The notes: generated by a model not told the origin, from the sequence alone. A stretch of 64,000 bases of DNA from an uncultured Eubacteriales bacterium (GCA_934546935.1 CAKTEH010000002.1:156400-220399), one strand, 5' to 3'; shown: positions 35,146-44,617, counted from the stretch's first letter. Numbers and translations: made by a program.

Positions 35146-37751
35146 TGGGGTATCTCTATGAACAGCTTGACGCCCTCCGCAAGGCTGACTTTATCCAGCC
35201 GGCCCCGGATTATATATACCGCAACCTTAACCTCACCCTGAAGCCGCGTCCCTATCAGCAGCAGGCTTTTGAAAATTATATTGCGTGCTTTGAAAATACG
35301 CGCCTGCGCACACCGCAGGTACTGTTCCATATGGCGACCGGCAGCGGGAAAACCTTGGTCATGGCCGGGCTGATGCTTTACCTGTATGCACAGGGCTACC
35401 GCAACTTTTTATTCTTTGTCAATCTGAAAAACCTGGTGGAAAAGACAAAGGACAACTTTCTCAACACATTTTCTTCCAAATACCTCTTTGCCCCCGAGCT
35501 GCGCATAAAAGGCGAGCGTGTGCGCATCCGGCAGGTGGAAAATTTCCAGGACACCGACGAGCGCGCAATCAACATCTGCTTTCAGACGACACAGGGATTA
35601 AGCCATGCGCTCTGGGAAGTGCACGAGGGTGCGCTAAGTCTTGACGATTTTGCCGGCCGGCGGGTCGTGCTCATCTCTGACGAAGCGCACCACTTAAATG
35701 CCGATACCAAGCGCGGTGGGCGGGAAGAGGAGGAAAACCGGAAAAGCTGGGAATATACGGTCGAACGTATTTTCCATGCCAATCAAGAAAACCTGCTGCT
35801 GGAATTTACCGCAACCTGCCAGCTTTCCCATCCGCTGATCCGCAAGGAATATGAAAATAAAATCATTTGCGACTATCCGCTGTATAAATACCGGCTTGAC
35901 GGCTATTCCAAGGAAATCAAAACCCTGCGCACAGATATGCCCCTTGCCGACCGTGCGCTGGGCGCGTTGGTTTTAAGCCAGTACCGGCTCAAACTTTTCG
36001 AGGACCATCGTCTGGCAATCAAGCCGGTAGTACTGTTCAAAGCGGCAAACATTGCCGCTGCGCGGGAGTTTATGGTCTCCTTCGCCCGGATGCTGGAAGC
36101 GCTGACCGGCCCGGACGTCGAACGCGTCCTGTCTCAGACAGGCTCTGCAATCTTAGCGCGGGCGCGCGAATATTTTGCAAACCAGGGCATTACACCGGCG
36201 CAGCTTGCCCAAGAGCTGCGGCAGGATTTTTCTCCATCACACTGCATCAGCGCCAACGATGAGGGGGAAGCGGAATCCGGACGTGCCGCACTCAACAGCC
36301 TGGAGGACGCAGACAGCCCCTACCGCGCTGTATTTGAGGTACGCAAGCTCGACGAAGGCTGGGATGTCCGTAATCTGTTTGATATTGTGCGCCTGTATGA
36401 AACGCGCCAGTCCGGCGGCCGGGCGATTTCCCAGACAACCGTTGCCGAGGCGCAGCTTATCGGACGCGGCGCACGCTATTGCCCTTTCCCGTTTGGGGTG
36501 GATAACGACCGCTTCCGCCGCAAGTTCGACGGCGACCTGGATGCGCCGATGCGGGTATGTGAAGAGCTTTACTATCACTGCCAGAATGACTCGCGTTATA
36601 TTACAGAGCTGCATATGGCGCTGCGGGAAATTGGGATTGACCTTGAGCGTGGAGTTGAACGGGAATACCGCTTAAAAGAAGAGTTTACCACTTGTGAATT
36701 CTATAAATCCGGGCTGGTCTTCGCCAACACGCGTGTCCAGCAGGAGCAGGCCGCAGAGAATGACGCTTTTTTCAGTGCAATCCGCGGCAAAACGGTCCCT
36801 GTCGCACTGGAAACACGCGCCGCGGCCGAAGACACCGTTTTGGAAGGTGTGGCCAGCACACCGGCGGAGAAACTGTATCTGCATACACACAGCCTTTGCG
36901 CACTTGCACAGGCGCATTACCCTGCCGTTTACCGCGCCGCATTGCGTTGGCATGCATTTGATTTCGACCGGCTGAAGGCCTGCTGGCCGCAGCTGCACTC
37001 CATGCGCGAATTCTTCTGTGACGAGCGCTATCTCGGCGCACTGCGCGTAGAAATCGCCGCTTCGTCGTCCCGCCTTACGACCTCGCTTTGCTATGATGCG
37101 CTGGTACAGGTATTCGGGCAGCTCGCGCCGCAGCTTGCAGCACGCGGCAGCGCAAGCTGCGGCAGCCGCTTGTTCCATCCGCACTATATCCACGAAATTT
37201 TCAGCAACAAGCGTGTCAGTTACCCGGCTCCTGCACAGGGCGGCGCAGGCATATCTCAGTCCGACACAGATCTTGCGCCGGAAATCCGCCTGGATCTGCG
37301 GCAGGAAGATTATTTCTGCTATGAAGACAACTTCGGTACCGCTGAGGAAAAGGCCTTTGTCGCGCATTTCCGCAGCTTCGTTCCCCGCCTTCGGAAAAAA
37401 TACGATCTTGTCTGGCTTATGCGCAATGAGCGCGCATTGGCGCTGTATGCCTTTGACGATGGGGCGCGCTTTGAACCGGATTATATCCTGTTCCTGCGCC
37501 GTCCCCGTACAGATATGGACGGCTATGCCTACACACAGGTCTTTATCGAGCCGAAAGGGCTGCATCTGATCGAGCACGACGCATGGAAGCAACGCTTCCT
37601 TTTGCAGCTGGAAACACAGGCTACAGCCGCGCCGGTTTATGCCGGGCCTGATACGTATACGCTGTGCGGTATGCATTTCTATAATTCCGCACAGCCGCAG
37701 GCTTTTGATTTGGACATGGAAAGCCTGCTCCAACCGGACAATCCCTTATAA
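35145..37751 (+). CDS. res: Type III restriction enzyme Res subunit (SF2 helicase + PD-(D/E)xK nuclease)
   Basis: Walker A in FHMATGSGKTLVMAG. DEAH box in VVLISDEAHHLN. Helicase C motifs (QLIGRGAR). C-terminal nuclease motif FEPDYILF..x20..VFIEPKG. Confidence 0.9.
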   Translation: MGYLYEQLDALRKADFIQPAPDYIYRNLNLTLKPRPYQQQAFENYIACFENTRLRTPQVLFHMATGSGKTLVMAGLMLYLYAQGYRNFLFFVNLKNLVEKTKDNFLNTFSSKYLFAPELRIKGERVRIRQVENFQDTDERAINICFQTTQGLSHALWEVHEGALSLDDFAGRRVVLISDEAHHLNADTKRGGREEEENRKSWEYTVERIFHANQENLLLEFTATCQLSHPLIRKEYENKIICDYPLYKYRLDGYSKEIKTLRTDMPLADRALGALVLSQYRLKLFEDHRLAIKPVVLFKAANIAAAREFMVSFARMLEALTGPDVERVLSQTGSAILARAREYFANQGITPAQLAQELRQDFSPSHCISANDEGEAESGRAALNSLEDADSPYRAVFEVRKLDEGWDVRNLFDIVRLYETRQSGGRAISQTTVAEAQLIGRGARYCPFPFGVDNDRFRRKFDGDLDAPMRVCEELYYHCQNDSRYITELHMALREIGIDLERGVEREYRLKEEFTTCEFYKSGLVFANTRVQQEQAAENDAFFSAIRGKTVPVALETRAAAEDTVLEGVASTPAEKLYLHTHSLCALAQAHYPAVYRAALRWHAFDFDRLKACWPQLHSMREFFCDERYLGALRVEIAASSSRLTTSLCYDALVQVFGQLAPQLAARGSASCGSRLFHPHYIHEIFSNKRVSYPAPAQGGAGISQSDTDLAPEIRLDLRQEDYFCYEDNFGTAEEKAFVAHFRSFVPRLRKKYDLVWLMRNERALALYAFDDGARFEPDYILFLRRPRTDMDGYAYTQVFIEPKGLHLIEHDAWKQRFLLQLETQATAAPVYAGPDTYTLCGMHFYNSAQPQAFDLDMESLLQPDNPL

Positions 37752-37764
37752 TCGGGAAAAGAGC

Positions 37765-38239
37765 ATGTCATGGTTTGAAACGCAGCCCAAACCTTAACCC
37801 TCCATAAGGGGAAACCGCTTGTCTACCGCTGCAAAACTGCACCTGGCCAACTTATTACAATCTTCTCGGCGGCGGACAGCACCCGTTTGAAACGCTCGAG
37901 CAGGCATTATGCCGTGAGCTGCTGGAGAAAACGGGATACAGCATCTGCGTCGGGCGTTTTGCGGCAATGGCCGAAGAAATCGCCCGCAATCCGCAAATAT
38001 GTGAAAACTATCCCGTGTATGCCCACCGCATCCTGCATATTTTCCACGCGGACCTGGCTGCGGATACACCCGTGCAGCCTACAGAAACCGATCTCCAACA
38101 GCAGGAGAGTCTCTGGGTTCCGCTTGCCGAAGCGGATCAGCTCGTTTTCCGTCCGCAGCTTTTAAGCGGGCAGAGCAGCCGGCTTTATAAGGAAAACGCA
38201 GTATTTTTAGGCAGTTGCTTTTCCGATTATCCCAAATAA
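37765..38239 (+). pseudogene. NUDIX hydrolase with two 1-nt deletions in A-runs (or assembly errors)
   Basis: Nudix box GGGQHPFETLEQALCRELLEKTGY. Adding one A at 37778-37780 and one A at 37849-37850 restores MSWFENAAQTLTLHKGKPLVYRCKTAPGQTYYNLLGGG.. (475+2 nt = 159 codons). Confidence 0.7.
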
Positions 38240-38241
38240 AA

Positions 38242-38280
38242 AAGTGAAAAGGCGGCGCAAATTGCGCCGCCTTTTCACTT
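38242..38280. terminator. Bidirectional terminator
   Basis: AAAAAGTGAAAAGGCGGCGCAA-a-TTGCGCCGCCTTTTCACTT, a perfect palindrome with flanking A/T runs. Confidence 0.8.
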
Positions 38281-38317
38281 AAAAAGAGAGAGGACTGAAA
38301 AAACGAATCCCTTATAC

Positions 38318-38357
38318 CAAATACGAATTGTATATTATTTGAAACAATTCGTATTTG
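38318..38357. repeat. Perfect 14-bp inverted repeat with 12-nt AT spacer
   Basis: CAAATACGAATTGT-atattatttgaa-ACAATTCGTATTTG in a non-coding stretch. Confidence 0.9.
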
Positions 38358-38362
38358 AATTT

Positions 38363-38390
38363 ATTATACCCGATTACGCCAAAAAAGCAA
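38363..38390 (-). promoter_or_regulatory. Orphan promoter-like element reading into the inverted repeat
   Basis: Minus strand: TTGCTT, 16 nt, TATAAT. The predicted start falls at the first arm of the 38318-38357 repeat. No ORF follows before the 38242-38280 terminator. Confidence 0.4.
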
Positions 38391-38420
38391 CTGACATTTT
38401 TTCAAAACCGTCATCTTTAC

Positions 38421-38456
38421 AAAACCCGCCGCCCGGGGAAAATCACCAGGCGGCGG
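38421..38456 (-). terminator. Terminator of the 38464-40214 ABC gene
   Basis: Minus strand: CCGCCGCC-loop-GGCGGCGG followed by GTTTT. Confidence 0.55.
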
Positions 38457-38463
38457 AAACCGT

Positions 38464-40214
38464 TCATCCATCAATCCCCATAGCGTACAGGCGCGCATAC
38501 TCGCCGCCCTTTTCCATCAGTTCCGCATGGGTACCGGACTCAGTAATTGTGCCGCCAGAGAGCACGACAATGCGGCCGGCGTCACGGATTGTAGAAAGAC
38601 GGTGTGCAATGACAATACTCGTCCGGCCCACCATCAGCCGGTCAAGCGCGCGGCGGATAAGCAATTCGTTCTCATAATCCAGCGCGCTGGTTGCTTCGTC
38701 AAGGATAACGACCGGCGGATTTTTCAGAAACACACGCGCAAGGCTCAGCCGCTGCCGTTGGCCGCCGGAAAGCAGGATCCCCCGCGTACCCACCTGCGCG
38801 TCATATCCCCCTGGCAGACGCATAATAAATTCATGCGCACCCGCAAGCTTTGCCGCTTGGATAATTTCTTCTTCGGAAGCGTCAAGCTTTCCATAACGGA
38901 TATTCTCGCGCACACTGGCATTAAAGATAAAAACCTCCTGCTGCACTAAGGCAACATGGCGGCGCAGGGACGCAAACGACAAGTCGCGCACATCTATACC
39001 GTCAATGCAAATCCGCCCCGCGCTGACGTCATAAAAACGCGCAATTAACGATGCAAGCGTCGTCTTTCCGATACCGGAAGCGCCGACCAACGCAATGCAT
39101 TGTCCATGGGGAATCTCCAGATCAATCCCGCGCAGCACTTCCTCCTCGCGCCCAGGATAATGGAACGAAACATTTTCTATGCGGATCTCCCCACGGCAGG
39201 TATCCAGCTGTATACAGTCCTCCCGCTCTATAATCCGCGGCGGTGTTTCAATCATATCCATAAAGCGCCGGGAACTTGCCTTTCCTTCCTCAAACAGGCG
39301 CATAAAATTAAGAATTGCATTCACCGGCTCATACAGGCAGTTTATATAAAGCAGAAATGTAATTAAAACCGGAATATCAAGCTTTCCCTTGCCCATAAGC
39401 AGTGCGCCAAATGCGACGACAAGCATCGTCAGAAACTGCGGGTAGCTGCTCAACACATCATAAAAGGTAGACTCCAAGCGGTAAAAACGGCAGCGGCTTT
39501 TGGTATAGATCCGATTTTTCTCCCGAAATTTTCCAAGCTCAAAACCTTCATTTCCAAAAGCCTTAACCGTACGGATTCCGGAAAGCGCATCCTCCAGCGC
39601 AGTATTTAATTCGCTTAAATCCGCTTTCGTCTGCGCAAGCTGCCGCTGCATACGCCGGTCTGCGCGGATGGAAACAAAGCACAAAACAGGGAAAACCAGG
39701 AATGTGACCGCCGCCAGCGGCGCATTAATGCCAAACAGGATAGCCGCCGCACCGAAAAATTTGATACCGGTAATCAAAATATCCTCGGGAGCATGGTGAA
39801 ACAGCTCCGTCATACCGTTTAAATCATTGGACAGCACGGTCATCAGATGCCCCGTGCCGGTGTTGGCAAAGAAATCGAAGGACAGGCTTTCATAATGCGC
39901 AAACAGTTCCTCGCGCATCCGGCCCTCCATCTTTGCGCCCATGCAATGCCCCCAATAGGCATACAAGACCTTACTTACCGTATAGACAACCACAAGCAGC
40001 AGCATAGCAAGCCCGGCATACAGCAGCTTATGCGCCGTCTGGGGATCCCATTGTGTCAACACCTGCCCGGTAACATAACTGGAAAGCAGCGGGAACAACA
40101 GCAGGCACACCGCAGAAAGCACAGCAAAAAACAGATCGGGGCAAACAAAGCACGATAGGGTTTATAATAGGAAAGAAATTCGTGAAACCGGGCCCGGTTT
40201 TTGGAATCAGACAT
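38464..40214 (-). pseudogene. ABC transporter, fused permease/ATPase (exporter type), with a -1 frameshift in a G4/C4 run near the N-terminus (or assembly error)
   Basis: ORF 40056..40262 encodes MSDSKNRARFHEFLSYYKPYRALFAP. ORF 38464..40122 continues DLFFAVLSAVCLLLFPLL.. if the run at 40138-40141 is one base longer (1751+1 nt = 584 codons). AGGAGG RBS before ATG 40214. Walker A GASGIGKT, signature LSGGQRQR, Walker B VVILDEATSALD. Confidence 0.8.
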
Positions 40215-40365
40215 AAAACCTCCTAATTTTCCAGGATGGTTACAGGATTGCTTCCCTCCCATGTTTTTTCTTACATGTAAAACGGTTTTTCATAGAGGAA
40301 ACATTCCTTTCTTTTTCGATTTCCGCACCCAGGGATGGGGTACGCATCTTTACTCTAACACAAGC

Positions 40366-40410
40366 GATATAAAAAGACAAGCCGCCCGCAGCAAATAGGC
40401 CGCGGGCGGC
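40366..40410 (-). terminator. Terminator after the 40429-42198 ABC gene
   Basis: Minus strand: GCCGCCCGC-loop-GCGGGCGGC followed by TTGTCTTTTT. Confidence 0.5.
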
Positions 40411-40428
40411 AGGAAAAACGAATCTTTT

Positions 40429-42198
40429 TTACGCGCTGTGCGCAAACTGGGATTTATACAGCGCACTGTAAAAACCGTCTTTTTGTAAAAGCGTTTCATG
40501 AGTGCCCTGTTCAATGATATCCCCATCCTTCATCACAAGGATCAAGTCGGCATTGCGGATCGTAGACAAACGGTGTGCAATGACAAAGCTGGTACGGTTC
40601 TGCGTCAATGCATCCATCGCCCTCTGAGTGACAAGCTCCGTGCGCGTATCCACGCGGGATGTCGCTTCATCAAGGATAAGCATCGGGCTGTTTTGAATCA
40701 TCGCGCGCGCGATGGTGAACAACTGCTTCTGTCCTGCAGAAATTGTAGAATTCTCATCCAGCACGGTGTCAAACCCATGTGGGAGCGACTGCACAAACCG
40801 CAAAATCCCGCAGGCCCGGCAGGCCTCAATCAGCTGTTCGTCGCTGACATTTTTATTGTTATAGACAAGATTTTCGCGGACCGTGCCTTCAAAAGTCCAG
40901 GTATCCTGTAAAACCATACCAAACATGCTGTGTACGGCCGACCGGGACATCGCATGTGTAGGCACGCCGTCAACCAGGATTTCACCGCCAGTCGGTTCAA
41001 AAAAGCGCATCAGCAGATTGACCACCGTTGTTTTTCCTGCGCCGGTCGGGCCGACGATCGCAACCTTTTGCCCAGGCTGGATATACGCGGAAAAATCATG
41101 GATGACAGTGCGGTCCGGTTCGTCCGGATAGGCAAAACGCACGTGCTGGAACTCCACCTCGCCGCGTACCGGTTCAGGCGCAGGCAGCGCCGCTGTATCG
41201 TCCGGAAATTCTTCAGCGTCAAGGAAATCAAAAATACGCACTGAAGCCGCGCTGGCACTCTGGAGGTTGGTCATTCCCTGCGCCAGCGTGCTCAGAGGGG
41301 AGGTGAACAGCCGCACGTACATAATGAACGCGACAATGACGCTGAACGGGATCTCCCCATTAAGGGCAAGCGCAGCGCCGATGACGCACACCGCCACATA
41401 ACCGATATTGCCGACCACGGTCATCATTGGCTGCATAATACCGGAAAGGAACTGGGAACGCCAGTTTGCATCATAGACGGCATGGTTGAGCCCGGCAAAA
41501 TGTGTTTTCATGCCAGTCCCGGCGCGGGAAATACGCACGATGTCATGGCCGGAATACATTTCTTCAATATAACCGTTGAGTTCGCCCAGGCTTTTCTGCC
41601 GCGCGACAAAATACTTCTGCGAACGGCCCATAATCAGGGCCATCGCCGCAACGCCCAGAAGCGTAACCATAACAGCAGCGCAGGCCATACGCCACTCGGT
41701 TACAAACATCATTACCAGGCAGCCGATAAACTGTGCTGCAGCGCTGATAATGGAAGGCAGACTGTTAGAAAGCGTCTGCTGAAGGGTAGCGACGTCATTT
41801 GTCATGCGGCTTAGAATATCGCCATGCGAGGTTGTGCCAAAGTATTGGCGCGGGACACGGTTAATTTTGCGGGAAAGGTCGCCGCGCATCTGGCGCGAGA
41901 GCTTAAGCGTAACGGTCGCCATAATATAGTGCTGCACATAGGTAAGCACAGCGCTTGCCAGGTATATACATGCCAAGAGGATTCCAACACGGCCGACCGC
42001 CGCCAGGTCAATTGTACCGTAAAGCGATTCAGAAATATAATCGGTAATCTTCCCCAACTGGTTTGGCCCCAGAATCGTCAGAACCGCACCGGCAGCGGCA
42101 AAAATCAGTGCAATACATACCGGCCGGATAAGCGGCCCGGCATAAGCAGTAAGCCGGGTACCCGTCTTTTTCAGGGATTTTGTTTTCTTTTCCTTCAT
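40429..42198 (-). CDS. ABC transporter permease/ATP-binding protein (exporter, heterodimer partner B)
   Basis: 589 aa with GGGGAGGA RBS. Six-TM N-terminal half. GPTGAGKTT, ISAGQKQL, MLILDEATSRVD, AHRLSTI. Confidence 0.9.
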   Translation of the reverse strand: MKEKKTKSLKKTGTRLTAYAGPLIRPVCIALIFAAAGAVLTILGPNQLGKITDYISESLYGTIDLAAVGRVGILLACIYLASAVLTYVQHYIMATVTLKLSRQMRGDLSRKINRVPRQYFGTTSHGDILSRMTNDVATLQQTLSNSLPSIISAAAQFIGCLVMMFVTEWRMACAAVMVTLLGVAAMALIMGRSQKYFVARQKSLGELNGYIEEMYSGHDIVRISRAGTGMKTHFAGLNHAVYDANWRSQFLSGIMQPMMTVVGNIGYVAVCVIGAALALNGEIPFSVIVAFIMYVRLFTSPLSTLAQGMTNLQSASAASVRIFDFLDAEEFPDDTAALPAPEPVRGEVEFQHVRFAYPDEPDRTVIHDFSAYIQPGQKVAIVGPTGAGKTTVVNLLMRFFEPTGGEILVDGVPTHAMSRSAVHSMFGMVLQDTWTFEGTVRENLVYNNKNVSDEQLIEACRACGILRFVQSLPHGFDTVLDENSTISAGQKQLFTIARAMIQNSPMLILDEATSRVDTRTELVTQRAMDALTQNRTSFVIAHRLSTIRNADLILVMKDGDIIEQGTHETLLQKDGFYSALYKSQFAHSA

Positions 42199-42209
42199 AG
42201 CTTCCTCCC

Positions 42210-43970
42210 CTATGCGTCGAGTTCCTCAGCGGAAAGCTGCGACAGCGCGATTTCCCGATAGACTTCGCAGCTTTCCATAAGCTGTTCATGCGTGCCAATC
42301 CCCACCGCGCGCCCCTCATCAAGGACAATGATCCGGTCAGCGTTGCGGATCGTACCAATGCGCTGCGCAACAATCAGGCAGGTTGTATCCTTCAGCTGCT
42401 GCGCCAGGCCGGCGCGCAGAAGGGCGTCAGTCTGATAATCCAGTGCGGAGAAGGAATCGTCAAAAATCAGGATCTCCGGCTTGCGGGCCAATGCACGGGC
42501 AATCGACAGCCGCTGCTTCTGACCACCGGACACATTGGTTCCGCCCTGTGTAATTCGGGAATCTTCCTTTTCCGGCAGTTTTTCCACAAATTCCGAAGCC
42601 TGTGCAAGCGCAAGCGCCGCCTTCAGATCCCCGTCTGTTTCCTCCGCGGCGCTCTCGCCAAAACAGACGTTGCCCCGCACAGTATCGGAAAACAATACCG
42701 GCGTCTGCGTTACATAGCCGATACGGTTATACAATGCCTCAAAGCTGTAATCGCGCACATCAATCCCATCTACAAGCACCTGCCCGCCTGTTGCATCATA
42801 AAATCTCGCAATCAGGCTGACAAGCGTGGTCTTCCCGCTGCCCGTCGCGCCGATAAAAGCTACCGTTTCCCCGCGATGCGCAGTAAAGCTGATATGCTCA
42901 AGGGCATCCTGCGCGGCGTCAGGATAGCGGAAGGATACATCGCAAAATTCCACGATCCCGCGCTGCGGCGCATCGGAAACCGTCCCTTCGCGAATATGCA
43001 CCGGAGTAGAAAGCACCTCGTTGATGCGGCTGGCCGAAACCTGTGCCGCAGGCAGGAACATCAGAATCATAACCATCATTGTAAACGACATGACCACATA
43101 GGTTGCATAGGTGCTGAATACAACAATATCGCTGAACATAGTCAGGCGCGCAACCATATCTGCGGCAGGTATCGCATTCACCAGCGCCGCTCCAACCCAA
43201 TAGATTACCAGCGCCAGCGCATTCATGGCGAGCGTCATCGCGGGGGTCAGGAAAGCAAAGGTCCGCTGGTTAAACAGCTGCGTCCGCATCAGCGCTTCGT
43301 TGGCGCCTTCAAACTTATCGTTCTGATATTCCTCTGCATTAAAAGCATGCACTACATCGATACCCGTCAGGTTCTCACGGGCAATACGGTTGATATCGTC
43401 GGTCTGCCGCTGCACGATCTTAAAACGCGGCAGTACCGTGCGCAGCACGATAAGCATCATCGCAATCAGCGCCACAACAAAGCCCGCTGTAATTACAGAA
43501 AGCGTCCAGCTCTTTCCAATTATTTTAATAATCGCCCATACGGCCATTACCGGCGCTTTGATGAGGAGCTGCAGGCCCATGGAAACCAGCATCTGGATCT
43601 GCGTAACGTCATTGATTGTGCGGTTGATCAGACTCGGGACAGAAAATTTCTGGATTTCTTCCTGGCCGAAATCCGCCGCCTGATTAAACACCGCTTCGCG
43701 CACTGTGTAGCTGTATCCCGCGGCAACTTTTGCAGCCAGGAATCCGCAGGCTACGCAAAGCAGGCCGCTTGCCAGCGTACAGCCGAGCATAGACAGCCCG
43801 GTGTTCCAAATCTGGTGCATTTCACTCCCAGGCGTTTTAATCAGCACCGTCAGCTCGCTCATATAATCCGGCAGCTTCAGGTCGAAATAAATTTGTCCAA
43901 GTACAAACACCGCGCACACAAGCGCCATCCCCCATTCCCGGGGACGCATTTTTTTTAATAGTTTGATCAT
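42210..43970 (-). CDS. ABC transporter permease/ATP-binding protein (exporter, heterodimer partner A)
   Basis: 586 aa. GATGSGKTT, VSGGQKQR, ILIFDDSFSALD, AQRIGTI. ATGA overlap with the upstream marR-family gene. Confidence 0.9.
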   Translation of the reverse strand: MIKLLKKMRPREWGMALVCAVFVLGQIYFDLKLPDYMSELTVLIKTPGSEMHQIWNTGLSMLGCTLASGLLCVACGFLAAKVAAGYSYTVREAVFNQAADFGQEEIQKFSVPSLINRTINDVTQIQMLVSMGLQLLIKAPVMAVWAIIKIIGKSWTLSVITAGFVVALIAMMLIVLRTVLPRFKIVQRQTDDINRIARENLTGIDVVHAFNAEEYQNDKFEGANEALMRTQLFNQRTFAFLTPAMTLAMNALALVIYWVGAALVNAIPAADMVARLTMFSDIVVFSTYATYVVMSFTMMVMILMFLPAAQVSASRINEVLSTPVHIREGTVSDAPQRGIVEFCDVSFRYPDAAQDALEHISFTAHRGETVAFIGATGSGKTTLVSLIARFYDATGGQVLVDGIDVRDYSFEALYNRIGYVTQTPVLFSDTVRGNVCFGESAAEETDGDLKAALALAQASEFVEKLPEKEDSRITQGGTNVSGGQKQRLSIARALARKPEILIFDDSFSALDYQTDALLRAGLAQQLKDTTCLIVAQRIGTIRNADRIIVLDEGRAVGIGTHEQLMESCEVYREIALSQLSAEELDA

Positions 43971-44407
43971 AACTTTTTTTCTCCGGCATCCAGTTGGTCA
44001 ATCGTTTTAATCAGTTTCCCGGTAACCTCCGCGAAAATTTCCCGTTCTCCAGGCGTAATATCCCTCAAAAGCGTTTCAATAAAGGCCGATTGTACTTGCC
44101 TTCCAGCCTCGATGACCGCGGCGCTTTCCGGCAGCAGGACCAGGCGCTGAACCCGTCTGTCCTTTGGGTCGTTTTCCCGGCGCAGATATCCGGCCCGGAT
44201 CAGGTTTTCAACCGTAACGGAAACAATACCGCTTTTAATCCCTCGCATACGGAAAATATCGCGGGCCGTATTGAAATTTTCATTGTTTGCCAAAAAGATC
44301 AGGATGTCAAACGCCGTTTGGCTTAAACAATATTTGCGGCATACCGGCGCGCAAAACTGTTCATAGATCCTCCCTGTCTTCGCTGCCATCGTCATAATCG
44401 GTAGCAT
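43967..44407 (-). CDS. MarR family transcriptional regulator
   Basis: ..LSQTAFDILIFLANNENFNTARDIFRMRGIKSGIVSVTVENLIRAGYLRRENDPKDRRVQRL... GAGGTG lies 9 nt before ATG 44407. The listed start at 44419 is a GTG inside the RBS. Confidence 0.8.
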   Translation of the reverse strand: MLPIMTMAAKTGRIYEQFCAPVCRKYCLSQTAFDILIFLANNENFNTARDIFRMRGIKSGIVSVTVENLIRAGYLRRENDPKDRRVQRLVLLPESAAVIEAGRQVQSAFIETLLRDITPGEREIFAEVTGKLIKTIDQLDAGEKKL

Positions 44408-44433
44408 ACAGTCAAACACCTCACATTTAAATA

Positions 44434-44447
44434 TTCTAATAATAGAA
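44434..44447. promoter_or_regulatory. Palindrome TTCTAataaTAGAA upstream of marR (candidate operator)
   Basis: The inverted repeat was read directly. It lies 27 nt upstream of the marR start and is flanked by direct ACATTTAA repeats. Confidence 0.35.
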
Positions 44448-44553
44448 CATTTAATGTTGTAGTATATTCGCCTTAAAAAATATACAGGTAAATTTTATCC
44501 TTTCTATGAAGAAACTATGAATTCACAGGAGATCCTACCACACGCCTAATATG

Positions 44554-44600
44554 AAAAAGCAGCCAGGGTGCGCAGCGGAAATCCGCTGCGCACCCTGGCT
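44554..44600 (-). terminator. Terminator ending the mdh-to-ferredoxin operon
   Basis: Minus strand: perfect 18-bp stem AGCCAGGGTGCGCAGCGG-attt-CCGCTGCGCACCCTGGCT followed by GCTTTTT. Confidence 0.8.
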
Positions 44601-44617
44601 ATTGATCCATATATTCT

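Noticed and set aside
37794-38165. ORFs 37794..38069 (-), 37887..38165 (+) and 37907..38098 (-) around the Nudix locus
   Set aside because: The Nudix box and C-terminal region identify the correct frame set. These ORFs are its out-of-frame and antisense shadows.
42288-43958. 556-aa ORF antisense to an ABC exporter
   Set aside because: It mirrors a well-supported ABC gene. Its composition is Arg/His/Gln-rich with no motif and no RBS.
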